A stretch of DNA of 64,000 bases, taken from NCBI GenBank assembly GCA_026025075.1, contig JAPEUI010000070.1:1-64000 (forward strand), given 5' to 3'. Shown here piece after piece: positions 63,697-64,000 of this stretch (position 1 is its first letter; each line of letters starts with the position of its first letter). The position numbers and the translations under genes are program-made. Source of the stretch: Vezdaea acicularis (taxonomy: Eukaryota). Below the pieces are notes generated by a model, which saw nothing but the letters and a program-made list of their open reading frames with translations, ran no database searches and was not told the DNA's origin.

Positions 63697-64000
63697 GGCC
63701 GTATATCATGCAATGATTAGATTAAAGAATGAGGAATATAACTTAGAAGGATTAAGACATGTTGGAAGTTCTCGTGTTGGAACACAGTAAGCTAGCCCCC
63801 ATTGCATAAAAATGATACCTTGCAACGCGCTAGAAAATGTCGCGTCAGCAATGAATTATGATGCCGATGCGGTAGATACTTTGATAATGAGGATCATAAG
63901 ACATATGGAGAGGGGTAAGGGCAACTATTCCCTGGTGTACTCGAGTCTTAGGTGTTTTTCGTTCTGTCAAACAAACAGCATGTTCATGGCAAAGATAGTG

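Noticed and set aside
1..64000. Transposons, RIP-degraded AT-rich blocks, CRISPR arrays, rRNA/tRNA
   Set aside because: No transposase/RT ORFs, terminal repeats, AT-rich islands, repeat-spacer arrays or tRNA/rRNA signatures were seen.

Overview
Gene-dense, intron-containing genomic DNA from a filamentous ascomycete (Pezizomycotina-type: short GT-AG introns with CTRAC/CTAAT branch points). I can support about 24 protein-coding genes, mostly core housekeeping. In order: the 3' end of an unknown gene, RhoGAP, BET2, a conserved unknown zinc-finger protein, MSH3, RRS1, RSM23/DAP3, MCM7, PEX1, a DHA2/ATR1-like MFS transporter, an STL1-like sugar porter, NAD-glycerol-3-phosphate dehydrogenase, a GliK-like cyclotransferase, an unknown low-complexity protein, IRE1, CCT2, two small multi-exon genes absent from the ORF track (Ina17-like and RAMP4/YSY6), a SMAP-domain protein, AP-3 delta, EMC2, a proline-rich ubiquitin-like-domain CaaX protein, an Arg/Ser-rich protein and a synaptojanin. 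I found no transposon, tRNA/rRNA, CRISPR array or secondary-metabolite backbone gene, and no clear-cut novel multi-gene system. The best leads are modest: a possibly dual-targeted GPD next to an STL1-like transporter across a 4.8 kb gene-free region; an uncharacterised CaaX/ubiquitin-like scaffold with a long spliced ATG-free leader; an Ina17-like gene whose presequence-like peptide is one base out of frame; head-to-head genes only 99 bp apart; and several splicing oddities. All identities come from recognising motifs by eye, not from database searches.
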